From NCBI RefSeq assembly GCF_009914755.1, contig NC_060933.1: 64,000 bases of DNA; one strand, 5' to 3'. Source of the DNA: the human T2T-CHM13v2.0 reference genome, Homo sapiens. Made by a program: the position numbers and the translations under genes. Below, in pieces: positions 1 to 13,547 of this stretch (positions within the stretch are counted from its first letter, which is position 1; each line of letters begins with the position of its first letter). Under the pieces are notes generated by a model. The model worked only from the letters and a program-made list of their open reading frames with translations. It made no database searches and had not been told where the DNA came from.

Positions 1-83
1 TTCCTCAGAGGTTTAATCTAATTAATCTTAATCTAATTAAAATAGAAACCCTTACCCATTTATTCTGTCCAAAGCAACATGTT

Positions 84-235
84 TCCCCTCCCCTCCCCTT
101 CCCCTCCCGTTCTCCTCCCCTTCTCCTCCCCTTCTCTTCTCCTTCTCTTCCCCTTCCCTTCCACTTCCTTTCCTTCCCCTTCTTTCCCCTTGCCTTCCTT
201 CCTGCCTTCTTTCTTTTCCTTCTTTCTGTCTTTTC
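84..235. repeat. Pyrimidine-rich (C/T) low-complexity tract
   Basis: Almost pure C/T run (cccctccctccccttcc...ttcttttccttctttc); it explains the R/K/G/E-rich and P/S/F-rich ORFs at 5-332. Confidence 0.9.
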
Positions 236-386
236 TAATACAAGGCTTGACCACTGGGGTAAAATTGTCAAAATGTAAAAAGGAGATAATTAAAAAATAA
301 ATAGTACCTAAGTAGTATGCTAAAATATACATGGGGCAAGATCATCTTTGCATTTTATCCTTGGGTGCATTCTGGACCACCTTAAT

Positions 387-492
387 CTTTTTTTTTCTTC
401 CCTAAGACAGAGTCTCTCTCTGTCATGCAGGCTGGAATGCAGTGGCACCATGAAGACTCACTACAGCCTTCACCTCTGAGGCTCAAGTGATT
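387..492 (-). mobile_element. Truncated old Alu fragment (AluJ/FRAM-like)
   Basis: T tail then agacagagtctctctctgtc...ggctggaatgcagtggc...gctcaagtga; flanked by TTAATCTT at 382 and 491 (probable TSD). Confidence 0.8.
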
Positions 493-613
493 AATCTTAA
501 ATAGTGCAATTATTCTATTTAATCACAAATGTCAGCATCTCTTTTCTTTAGTTTTGGCACATGATTTTCACCTTTTATCCTCTCTCTCTCTCTCTCTCTC
601 TCCATGCTTCATT

Positions 614-1428
<815 letters not shown>

Positions 1429-2972
1429 CTCGATGAGTCTTCATCTACTGACACTCAGGCCGAGTCAGATAAAAAGCTTTACAATATTCCACACCTCTCT
1501 CTACACGTGTTAAAAACAAGGAGAAAGAGTTTCTCTTAAAATTTTAAGTTCACTAAAAATAGAACAAAGCAGAAACAATTGAGGTTTTTGTGATTGTTGC
1601 TGTTTGTGTCTTTATTTTTAAAGATTCTACTTTGTACCATATATGCATGGTAAATTATTCATTATCATATCTGCTTTTTTTTTTCATTTGAAGTAATCAT
1701 ATTCCATGGAAAATATTTAAATTCCCAGGCATTGTTAGCTGTAGAGCTCATAAAATGTTCAATGCTTCAGTGAGTTGCAAATTGAAAACAGAAATAAATT
1801 CTTGGAGAAAAACTTGACAGTATTCTACACACTTTGCTCTTGATTGATGTCATGTGGTGATTCCAATAAATGACTTTTTTCAAACAAACTATAACTGATT
1901 TAAGTAAATGGGGGTGCAATGGTTCTTTCTTATAGATCTCATCTGCTGAGATGCTATACACAGAATTTCAATCATCTTACCCTATGATTTTTCAATGTTG
2001 TGTAAGAATGAATAATATTATTATTCATTATTATTTATTCTAAAAATAAAAATAATTATAATATTCATTATTCTAAAAATAAATTTTTTATTATTAATAA
2101 AATAACATAAGGATACATTTATTTATTTATTACAATTATGAAAATATTTAGAATGTACCATTTTCTAGGTAGTAAACTAGTGCTTCACATATTTTTGTTC
2201 ATTTAATCTTTATTTTTATAAGTCAACAACTATAGATATTATTTTATATTATTTATACTTTATAACATATAATAAAGACATTTTAAAATATATATCAAAT
2301 ATATATTATAAAGTATTACATTATAAAATACTATATTTTATAAAGTAGATGACTATCGATATAGTCATTATATAGATGAGTAAACTGAGGCATATTGTTT
2401 CTATAAAAACCTCAAGAGCGCACATAAAATAAATGCTGCAGTCAATGAGCCAAAACATCATACTAAGGATTTTGCTTCCAGAAGCTGCACTCTTAATTAC
2501 TAGGCTCTAATGCCTCTTTTTATATAAATGATATCATACTGTTTGTTCTCTTTTGATCTAGCTTCTATTAATTAGCATATTTATTGAGATTAATCTATTT
2601 TATAGTATGGATGAAAGTTTCATTTATTTTATTGCTTGTAGTATTTCAAAATATGGATATATCAAAGCTTACTTATTCATTTATCTGTTAATGAATATTT
2701 GATTGTTACATGCTCTTCACTATTAGCCCCTCTCTCCTATAAAAAAGTGCTGTGAATGCTTTGGTACAAGTTTTTTATGTACATATACTTTCATTTCCCT
2801 ACAAATTGATTGGCAGTCATATGATAGGTGCATACGTCAAAATATTTTAAAAACTGACAAGCCTTTTTCCAGAGTCATTGTACTAATTTCCATTACCATT
2901 AGCAGTGCATGTATGTTGGTTGTCCTCTATAGTTTTGCCAACACTTGGCATGACCAGCCTTTTTAACTTTAG

Positions 2973-3289
<317 letters not shown>

Positions 3290-3604
3290 TCTTTTTTTCT
3301 TTTTTGAGATGGGTTCTTGCTCTGTCACGCAGGCTGGAGTGCATTGGCACAACCAGAGTTCACTGCAGACTCCACCTCCTGGGCTCAAGTGATTCTCCCA
3401 CCTCAGCTTCCGAGTAGCCGGTACTACAGGCATGTGCCACCATGCCTAGCTAAATAGAGACACCATGCTATGTCTCTTTCTTTTTTGTAGAGACAGAATC
3501 TCACTATGTTGCCCAGGCTGCTCTCTAACTCCTGGGGTCAAGAAACCCTGCTGCCTTGACCTTCCAAAGTGCTGGGATTACAGGCTTGAGCAACTGTACC
3601 CAAC
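3290..3604 (-). mobile_element. AluJ-type
   Basis: cctgggctcaagtgattctcccacctcagc and ctatgttgcccaggctg (J diagnostics); more diverged than its neighbour. Confidence 0.9.
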
Positions 3605-5123
3605 TCATTTTTGACAGACACAAATTAATTCCCTAATGACTAATGATATTGAGGATCTTTCCATGTGTTTACTTTCTATCTACATATGTTCTTTAGAGAA
3701 GAAGTATTCATTTAAGTCATTTGCCTACTTTTATTAGAGTTGCTAGATTTATTATCAAGTTTTGAGAGTTCTTACGTTTTCTGGACACAACTTTTTTGCC
3801 AGACATATATTTTGCAAATATTGTTCTCAGTAGTGTCTTATATTTCTATTTGTTTTACAGTGTTTCCTGAGGAACATATGTTTTACATTTTGATGAACTC
3901 GAGTTGTCAATTCCTAGTTTGATGAAACATGGTGTTTGTGTCATGTCTAAGTAGTATTTACTAGCCTGAGGTAAAATGCTTTTCTATATTTTCTCCTATA
4001 CATAATTTTTCTTCCTTTTTTTTTCACTTTGTTTTTACATTTTACATTTAGGCATATGATCTGTACTAAATTAATTTTTGTATCATGAGTTACGTGTTAA
4101 GGTTCTACTTTTTGCATATGAGTATCTAATTGTTCCAGCAGAATTTGTTGAAGGGCTATCTTTTATTTACTGAATTACCTTTGTATCTTTGGAGAACACC
4201 AATTTACCAAAATTCTGTACATATATTTCTGAATTTTCTGTTATCTTCCAATGACATTTCTGTCTATCTTTATGCCAATATCACACTATTTTCATTACTG
4301 TAGCCTCATAAGCTTTGGTATTAGATTGTGCTAATCCTTCAAATATATTCTTATTTTTAAGAATTATTTTGGCTATTTTAGACTCTTTGCATTTCTACTG
4401 AAGGTTTAAAATTAGTGTGTAAATTCCTATAAAACAATGCCTAATAATATTTTAATTGGGATTGTATTGAATCTATATTTAGGGATAATCACATTTTACC
4501 GTGTGAATTTTCTAACCCATATTCATATTACATCTTTCCATTTATTTAAGTCTTCTTTAACTTTCTGCAGTGTTTTGAGTTTTAGTGTACCAGACTCTCA
4601 CATCATTTGGTAGATTAATTCCTAATTCTTCTACATTTTTCATGATATTATTAATAGTACTTTTATTTTAATTTTTTATTGTTCATTGCTGGTATATGGA
4701 AATATTAGTTTAATATGTTGCTTTTTTTCTTTTTTATGTTGCTAACTCACTTATTATAGCCAGCAGTGTTTTTGTAGATTTCAGTGGACTTTCTACATAG
4801 ACATGCCGTCTATAAATAAAACCAATCTACATTTTCCTTTCCCGTCTGTAATTCTTTTGTTTATGTTTTTTGTCTATTTTACTTGGTAGAACGTCTAGTG
4901 GAATGTTAAAACAAAGTGCTAAGAGTTAATGGACTCATCTTGTTCCTGAAATAGGGGGAAATAAACTGATTTTTCTTCATTAAGTATGATGCCAGCTATT
5001 GTTTTTACATAGATATGTTTTATTAGGATATTCTTGAATTTCTTCTAGACAGTAATAACTTAGATCTTGTTTTATTGATCCAATCTGCTTTTAAATTGGT
5101 ATATTTAGACCATTTATATGTAA

Positions 5124-5456
<333 letters not shown>

Positions 5457-5505
5457 ATATTTTTAGTTTTAAACCTATTATTTTGCTTTTGCTTTCTATC
5501 TTTCC

Positions 5506-6058
5506 TGAAGGAATTCAGAACCAGATACCCCCAAACATGCCACTTTGGCATATTGATTTTTTTGAGTTAAAGACACTTGAAAAATAGCAGATGCAAGAAA
5601 AACACTCTGATTTTCCTTTAAAGCACTCTGATTTTCCTTTTTCTTAAAAGTAGGAGGTAAAATTTCTACATGAAAGTTGCCCTCTTTATACAAGAAGGAA
5701 AGTAACAGTCTCATCACCCAGGATGAGAAGTTGAGGCAAGGGAAACCTGTACAAACAGACCTTGTTAAACCAACCCTTATCCTGTTACTCACCTCTTCAC
5801 CCAATTAACTACACTAGTTCCAGCTCCTTTGTCTTGTCATATTTCACAATTTACTACTCTGTGTCTACTTCAGAACATAAGTGATTATGTCATGGAGTCT
5901 TCCTTCCTTAAAGAATCTCTCATGCCACATGATACATGTATTAAATAAATTTGTATGCATTTTCCTGTTGATCTGTCTTATATCAATTTAATTCTCAGGC
6001 TTAGCAGAGGAAAAAAAAAAACTAAGAAGATGGTAATAAAATTTTGCTTCCCCTACCA
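5506..6058 (+). mobile_element. ERV1 solo LTR, MER34/MER39-like
   Basis: Starts TGaaggaattcagaa...ccccaaacatgccactttggcatattgatt; contains ttaaataaatttgtatgc...ttttcctgttgatctgtct; ends cttcccctacCA. Confidence 0.75.
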
Positions 6059-6417
6059 TCCCATCTGTTTTTTGCTTATTTTCCCTCTTGTTTGCCTTCT
6101 TTTCTATGAATTAAATATATTTTATGGTTTCATCTTATCTCCTTTTTTACTTGAGAATTAAAACTCTCTATATTGTTAATTTTAATGGTTGCTTTTGAGT
6201 TTGTAGTATACATGTTTAACTCATCACATTCTACCTTCAAATTATAATATACTACTTTACATACAGTATCATGAAGTAACAACATTTTCATTATTTTGTC
6301 CTAACTGTTGTTCTGTTATTGTCATGTAATTTATTTTTATATATGTTGTAAACTCATTATAAATTGTTATTATTCTTGTTTAAATTAGAGGTTAATAATG
6401 TTGTTTTCTTCTCTCTC

Positions 6418-6713
<296 letters not shown>

Positions 6714-6715
6714 AT

Positions 6716-6906
6716 GCTTTCCTTAAAAGCTAAATATTTTAGGCTTGTGTGCCATTAGGCTCTGTTACAACTACTTAATTCTGCTTTTGTAATTCTATAG
6801 CACCCATTGATAATACATAAACAAATGAGCATGAATGTGTCTCAGTAAAAATTTGTTCACATAAACAGGCAGTCCACCCATGAAGCTATAGCTTGCTGAC
6901 CCCTTG
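6716..6906 (+). mobile_element. MER58A (hAT-Charlie) DNA transposon; its left end probably lies before the Alu at about 6386
   Basis: taaatattttaggcttgtgtgcc...ctctgttacaactact...taaacaaatgagcatg...tagcttgctgacccct. Confidence 0.75.
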
Positions 6907-7356
6907 TTTAAACAATCAATTGAATTCAAACAGAAATAAAAGGATCTTATATATTTAACCATGTTGATACCATTTCCAGTGCTTTTCATTCTTCTGTGTA
7001 GATCCAAATTTCCTTTTGATATTATTTTACTTCTGCCTGAAACACTTTCTTTAACATTTTTTATAGTGTTGTTTTACTGGTGTTGATTTCTTTCAGGTTC
7101 TAAGTGCCTGAACAAAATCTTTATTTCACCTACATCTTGAAAGATAGTTTCTCTGAGTCTACAATGCCCAGCTGACAATGTTTATCTTCCAGTACTTTAA
7201 AGATGTTGCTTCATTATCTTCTAATTTTCTTTGTTTCCAATAAAATGTTTGCTGGCATTTTTTGTTCCTCTGTGCAAACCGTGTTTTTGTCATTGGCTGC
7301 TTTGAGAATTTTTCTTTATCACTGGTTTTAAGCAATTTTATTTTAGTGTATTTTGT

Positions 7357-7846
7357 ACACAAGACAAGGATGCCCTCTCTCACCACTCCTGTTCAACATA
7401 GTATTGGAAGTCCTTGCCAAAACAGTTAGGCAAGAGAAAGAAATAAAGGGTACCCAAATAGGAAGAAAAGACGTCAAACTATCCCTGTCTGTAGATTACA
7501 TGATCCTATATGTAGAAAACTTTATAGGCCCAAAAGCTTAAGGCCCGAAAGCTCCTTAAGATGAAAAACACCTTTGGCAGAGTCTCAGGATACAAAAAGA
7601 ACATACAAAAATTACTCGCATTCCCATACACCAACAAGAGTCAAGCGGAGAGCCAAATCAGGAATGCAATCTGATTCACAATTGCTGCAAAAAGAATCAA
7701 ATACCTAGGAATACAGCTAACTAGTGAGGTGAAAGGTCTCTGTAAGAACTAAAAACACCAAAGATATCAGAGAGGATGAAACAAATGAAAAAACATTCTA
7801 TGCTCATGGATAGGAAGAATCAATATCATTAAAATGGCCATATTGT
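7357..7846 (+). mobile_element. Internal L1P ORF2 fragment (reverse-transcriptase region), non-functional
   Basis: Translates as [20 protein letters not shown]...[25 protein letters not shown] (L1 RT; the FADD motif is degenerate); a stop follows at 7541; no poly(A) or TSD seen. Confidence 0.92.
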
Positions 7847-7849
7847 CCT

Positions 7850-9110
7850 TATTTTCAAGTATGCTATTGCGCTCTATGACTGATCCAAACTCCTGCCAGA
7901 TATAATTCCAAAAATCTGTTTGTTAATTTTATTATTTTATTTTTGGATTTCTAAATGCTTGGGAATTGGGAGATATGCACAATTGTCTTTGCTTTGTCCA
8001 CAAAATTAAATGTGTATTTAGGTACTTATAGGACACTATTTGTAAAAACATTTATTTCTTCAGACATTGATGGTCTTGTCCCAGTTATTAACAACATCTA
8101 CATGTTTAAGAATAAATTTTCTTTGCTATCTACTTCTTATTCCATTGAAAATTACCTTTCTATCCTCCTACTCTGGAAGTCTTTATGATTCTGTCCTAAT
8201 CATTAGTATCCCATTGCTTCTTCAAGAGATGTCTATCAGTAGAATTTCTCCATTAATATAAGTTCATACTTCTATGAAAACTTTAAATCTCAAGTCTACA
8301 GTATTTCTAGTTCTAAAAAATATTTAAATTAGTTCTTTAATTATGTCCATCTTTATGTTTACTTTCCTTTTTTTCTAGCATTTTAAACAACTTTACGTCA
8401 ACAATTCTTTATCTTCACTTTACCTCCCTTTACCTTTCTTCATTTTTTCCTAGCCATTGGATTCAGAGAAAATTATTCAACTTTTAAACTTCAAACTTGC
8501 TAGATCTATATTTAACTATGTCTATTGTTCTCATCAGAACATCTGTTGAGTTTTTAATCCAAGAGCTATTATCAGTATTTTCTAAAATGCAACCTCCTCT
8601 TGCATGTCTCTGAAGATATGAATTACACTTACTGTAATTACATTTGTTTCTTGTCTTAATTCTGATTCTCTGAAATTACTTATTCTGTTTGCTAAGTTTT
8701 GTATCTTCTTTCTTGTTTTTCTTAAAAGTTGGGTGACAATATTTTACATGGGTAGTTTTTCTGTTAATCATAGCTTATCTCCAATTATTAGGAAAATAAC
8801 AACTATGAAGTAGGACAAAGTAACCTGGTTTCTTGTGTTTTAGCATTGCTGCTCCCTGTTCCTTCCTGGTTTTGTTAATTACCTGAGACTCTGCCCTGTT
8901 GATGTTAGTCAGATTCTAAGACTCACCTTGCCAAGCAAGCACTGCTTTGTTATTCCAAAGTGAAGTTCATTCTTACTTTGTCTGGAAAGCAGTCTCTGCA
9001 TCTTTTACCTCATTATTTCCCGCCTTTCATATTATGTTTCTTCCTTTACCAATTTTAATGGAGCTTCCCCTTTTTCATCTCTAAGATCTCCTTCTCTATC
9101 TCAAAAACAA
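7850..9110 (-). mobile_element. HAL1/L1ME-type ancient LINE, antisense
   Basis: Diffuse T-rich similarity to HAL1/L1ME ORF1-region antisense (ctttctatcctcctactctggaag, catctgttgagtttttaat, tctctgaagatatgaatt). Confidence 0.45.
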
Positions 9111-9157
9111 AACAAAAAAACATTATCAGCATTAACATATACAACAGAGAGCTTCAT

Positions 9158-9512
9158 TGATGTGGTTTGGCTGTGTCCCCACCCAAATCTCATCTTGAAT
9201 TCCCATATGTTGTGGGAGGAACCTGGTGGGAGGTAATTGAATCATGGAGGTAGGCTTTTCCTGTGCTGTTTTCCTGATAGTGAGTAAGTCTCATGAGGTC
9301 TGATGGTTATTATAAGGGGGAGTTTTCCTGCACAAGCTCTCTTTGCCTGCTGCCATCCATGTAAGACATGACTTGCTCCTCTTTGCCTTCCACCATGATT
9401 GTGAGGCTTCCCCAGCTACATGAAACTGTAAGTCCAATTAAACCTTTTTTCTTTTGTCAATTGTCCAGTCTTGGGTATGTCTTTATCAGCAGCTTTAAAA
9501 CAGACTAATACA
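9158..9512 (+). mobile_element. THE1A LTR (MaLR)
   Basis: TGatgtggtttggctgtgtccccacccaaatctcatcttgaattccca ... gtctttatcagcagc...agactaataCA, 355 bp. Confidence 0.93.
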
Positions 9513-10806
9513 GTAAACTGGTATCAGTAGAGTGGGATGCTGCTGAAAAGATACCTGAAAATGCGGAAGCAATTTTGGAACTGCGTAACAGGCAGGGGTT
9601 GGAACAGTTTGAAGGGCTCAGCAGAAGACAGGAAAATGCAGGAAAGTTTGGAACTTCCTAGAGACGTTTTGAATGGCTTTGACCAAAACGCTGATAATGA
9701 TGTGAACAATGAGATCCAGGCTGATGTGGTCTCAGATGGAGTTGAGGAACTTGTTAGAAACTAGAGCAAAGTTGACTCTTGTTATGTTTTAGCAAAGAGA
9801 CTGGCAGCATTTTGCCCATGCCCTAAAGATTAGTGAAACTTAGAACTTGACAGATGAATTAGGGTATCTGACAGAAGAAATTTCTAAACAGCAAAGCATT
9901 GAAGAAGTGACTTGGCTGCTTTTAAAGGCATTCAGTTTATAAGGCAAGCAGAGCATAAGAGTTCAGAAAATTTGCAGCCTGACAATGTAATAGAAGAGAA
10001 AAACCCGTTTTCTGAGGAGAAATTTAAGCTGGCTGCAGAAATTTGCATAAGTAACGAGGAACTGAATGTCAATCCCCAAGACAATGGTGAAAATGTCTCC
10101 TGGGCATGTCAGAAGTCTTCACAGCAGCCCTTCCCATCACAGCCTCAGAGGCCTAGAATAAAATGGTTTTGCTGGGCCCAGGGTCCCCATGCTGTGTGCA
10201 GTGTAGGGTGTTGGTGCCCTGCATCCCAGCCACTCCAGCTGTGACTAAAAGGGACCAAAGTACAGCTTGAGCTGTTGCTTCATAGGGTGGAAGCCCCAAG
10301 CCTTGGCAGCTTCCACGTGGTGTTGAGCCTGTGGATGCACAGAAATCAAGAATTGAGGTTTGGGAACATCTGCTTAGATTTCAGAAGATATATGGAAACA
10401 CCTGGATGCCCATGCAAAAGTTTGCTGCAGGGATGGGGCCCTCATTGACAACCTCTGCTAGGGCAGTGAGGAAGGGAAATGTTGGGTGGGAGCCCCCACA
10501 CAGAGTCCCTACTGGGGCACCGCCTGGTGGACCTGTGGGAAGAGGGCCACCATCCTCCAGACCTCAGAATGTTAGATCCACCAACAACACCATGTGCCTG
10601 GGAAAGCCACAGACACTCAACACCAGCCCACAAAAGCAGCCAGAAGGCAGGCTATATCCCTCAAAGCCACAGGGGCAGAGCTGCCCAATACCATGGGAAC
10701 CCACCTCTTGCATCTGCATGATCAGGATGTGAGACATGGAGTCAAAGGAGATCGTTTTGGAGCTTTAAGATTTGGCTGCCCCTCTGGATTTCGGACTTGC
10801 ATGGGG
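9513..10806 (+). mobile_element. THE1A internal region, 3'-truncated with no 3' LTR
   Basis: gtaaactggtatcagtagagtggg start directly after the LTR; typical THE1-int translations (FSEEKFKLAAEICISNEE, WEPPHRVPTGAPP); breaks off at ggacttgcatgggg. Confidence 0.9.
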
Positions 10807-11262
10807 TCAAGAAATGAAAAGCATAAAAATTGAAAAGTGAAAAGAAAAAATATTTTTATTCACAGAACATATATATGTATATTGTATATGAAGAAAATCC
10901 TAATATATTTATTTAAAAAGCTGTGAATAATAAGAATCAAATTCAATAATGGTGCAGAATGTGTAGAATGCAAGGTCAATACACAAAATACAATATGGAA
11001 AATTAATGGAATTTCTAAATACTAGAAATAAACAATTGAGAATACATTTAAAAGTAAAATTTTAATGGTATAAAAATAGTTAAGAATAATTTAAGTGAAA
11101 CCTTTAAAAATCTTTCACACTAAAACTTTTTAAAATTTCTTGTAGAGAAACATTACAGAAGACCTAAATAAATGTAAAGATCCACCATGTTCATAGATTT
11201 GAAGATGCAACATTGTTTGATGTGAATTCTCTGGAAGTTAATCTTTAGAATCAATGCAGTAG

Positions 11263-11591
<329 letters not shown>

Positions 11592-11708
11592 CTATAGTTT
11601 GTAATTTATTGACTACAATGAATTCTATATCTATTTACTGCAACTCTGTAGTAAATTGTGGCAAACATTTTGAGAGAAATTCACAAGCTGTTTCCAAAAT
11701 TTGTTTGG

Positions 11709-12059
11709 AAAATTCATAGGACCTAGAATTTTGAGAAAAAAATAGAGCCAATTTTCAGACATCTAAGAAAGCTGCAGTATCAAAGCATCATAACACAAAA
11801 ATAATAAGGATAAAGAAGGGTTCAAAATTCATAGGACCTAGAATTTTGAGAAAAAAATAGAGCCAATTTTCAGACATCTAAGAAAGCTGCAGTATCAAAG
11901 CATCATAACACAAAAATAATAAGGATAAAGAAGGGTTCAAAATTTATAGGACCTAGAATTTTGAGAAAAAAATAGAGCCAATTTTCAGACATCTAAGAAA
12001 GCTGCAGTATCAAAGCATCATAACACAAAAATAATAAGGATAAAGAAGGGTTCAAAATT
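11709..12059. repeat. Tandem array, 3 x 115 bp
   Basis: Unit aaaattcataggacctagaatt...gataaagaagggttc starts at 11709, 11824 and 11939; one substitution seen (copy 3 reads aaaatttatagg). Confidence 0.97.
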
Positions 12060-12731
12060 AGACCTCCACCTATGCAGTAAATTAAATGTTTATAAGGGCA
12101 TGTAGATAATTCAGTGGGGAAAGTAAGTCTTTAACACAGGCTTTTGAAATAAATGCATTCTCATATTTAAAAAATACATGCATCAGTCCTTTGTATACAC
12201 AAAACTAGTCCAATATTTTTAACGTAGGCATAAAAATGAAAAAGCAAAATTCAGAAAGCTTTTAAAAGAAAAAAATTAAACAATATCTGCGAGCTATTAT
12301 AATAGGAAAAATATTTCTGAACAGAGAAAGCACTATCATAAGAGTAAAAATTGATAAATTGTAGATATTAATTAAAAATGTATCCTAATAAAACTGCAAA
12401 ATGTAAGAAAATATAATTTTAAGCCATAGACTGTGATAAATTATTCCATATATGTATGAGAAAAAAATTGCGTGTTCAAAACGCACAGAGTACTCCTGAG
12501 ATCCACTAAATAGTTATAAGAATCTTGAACAGGTATTTCACAAAACAAGAGATACAAGTGGCTTATAGGAATGTGAAAAGATGCTCAATATTATTAGATA
12601 AGGGGAAACACAACCAAAATGCATCGAAACTGGAAAGACTACCATTTAAAATGATAATACTAATATTGGCAAATATGTGGGGAAACTAGAAGTCGTGTCT
12701 ATTTCTTGTGAGAGTGTAAAATAGAACAACT

Positions 12732-13040
12732 GGCTGGGCGTGGTGGCTCATGCCTGTAATCCCAGCACTTTAGGGGGCCGAGGCGGGCGGATCACGGGGT
12801 CATGAGATCGAGACTATCCTGGCTAACATGGTGAAACCCCGTCTCTACTAAAAATACAAAAAAAAAAAAAAAAAATTAGCCGGGTGTGGTGGCGGGCGCC
12901 TGTAGTCCCAACTAATCAGGAAGCTGAGGCAGGAGAGTGGCGTGAACCTGAGAAGTGGAGCTTGCGGTGAGCCCAGATCACGCCAGTGCACTCCAGCCCA
13001 GACGACAGCGCGAGACTGTGTCTCAAAAAAAAAAAAAAAA
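12732..13040 (+). mobile_element. AluY
   Basis: gagatcgagactatcctggctaac, ggcgggcgcctgtagtccca, ggcgtgaacc..ggagcttgc; TSD-like agaacaac on both sides. Confidence 0.93.
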
Positions 13041-13547
13041 GCAGAACAACCGCTTTGAAAAATAATTCGCTTCTCAATAAGGCCAACATACATCTACCCT
13101 ATAGCACAGCAATTTCAATTCTAGAAATTTATCCAACAAAAATAAAAGCATATATTTACACAAAAACCTGTTTGAGAATGCACCTAAGTCCTTTATTTGT
13201 AAAAGCTAATTCTGGAAGCAATCTGAATATTCACTAACAGACTAATGAATAAGCAAACTCTGACAAATACATAGGCAACTCAGAAATGTGAGGAAAAATA
13301 AACAAACGATACACACAAATATTTGGCTAAATCTCAAATATGTATTTATGCTAAAGAAAATAAACCAGATACACACTCACACACACATCCTGTAGGAATT
13401 CTAATTATTGGAATTTGAAGATGAACAAAATTAATCAATCATGATAGAAATTATACGGGTTTAATCCGAGTTATTTGGGATGCTGAAGCCGGAGAATCGC
13501 TTGAACCCGGGAGGCGGAGGTTGCAGTGACCTCACATTGTACCACTG

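Noticed and set aside
7353-7541. Reverse-transcriptase-like ORF as a novel RT or retron-like system
   Set aside because: It is a short L1 ORF2 fragment with a degenerate catalytic motif (SVDY for FADD) and an early stop.
7913-8120. 3'-UTR-like stretch ending in AATAAA (8111) as a processed pseudogene
   Set aside because: No poly(A) or TSD follows, and the sequence fits diverged HAL1/L1ME antisense better.
9537-10833. Cluster of longer + strand ORFs (up to 133 aa) as a gene
   Set aside because: They are broken pieces of the THE1/MaLR internal ORF, with stops and frameshifts.
11709-12059. Direct repeats as a CRISPR-like array
   Set aside because: The 115-bp units are head-to-tail with no unique spacers, the DNA is eukaryotic and there are no cas genes.
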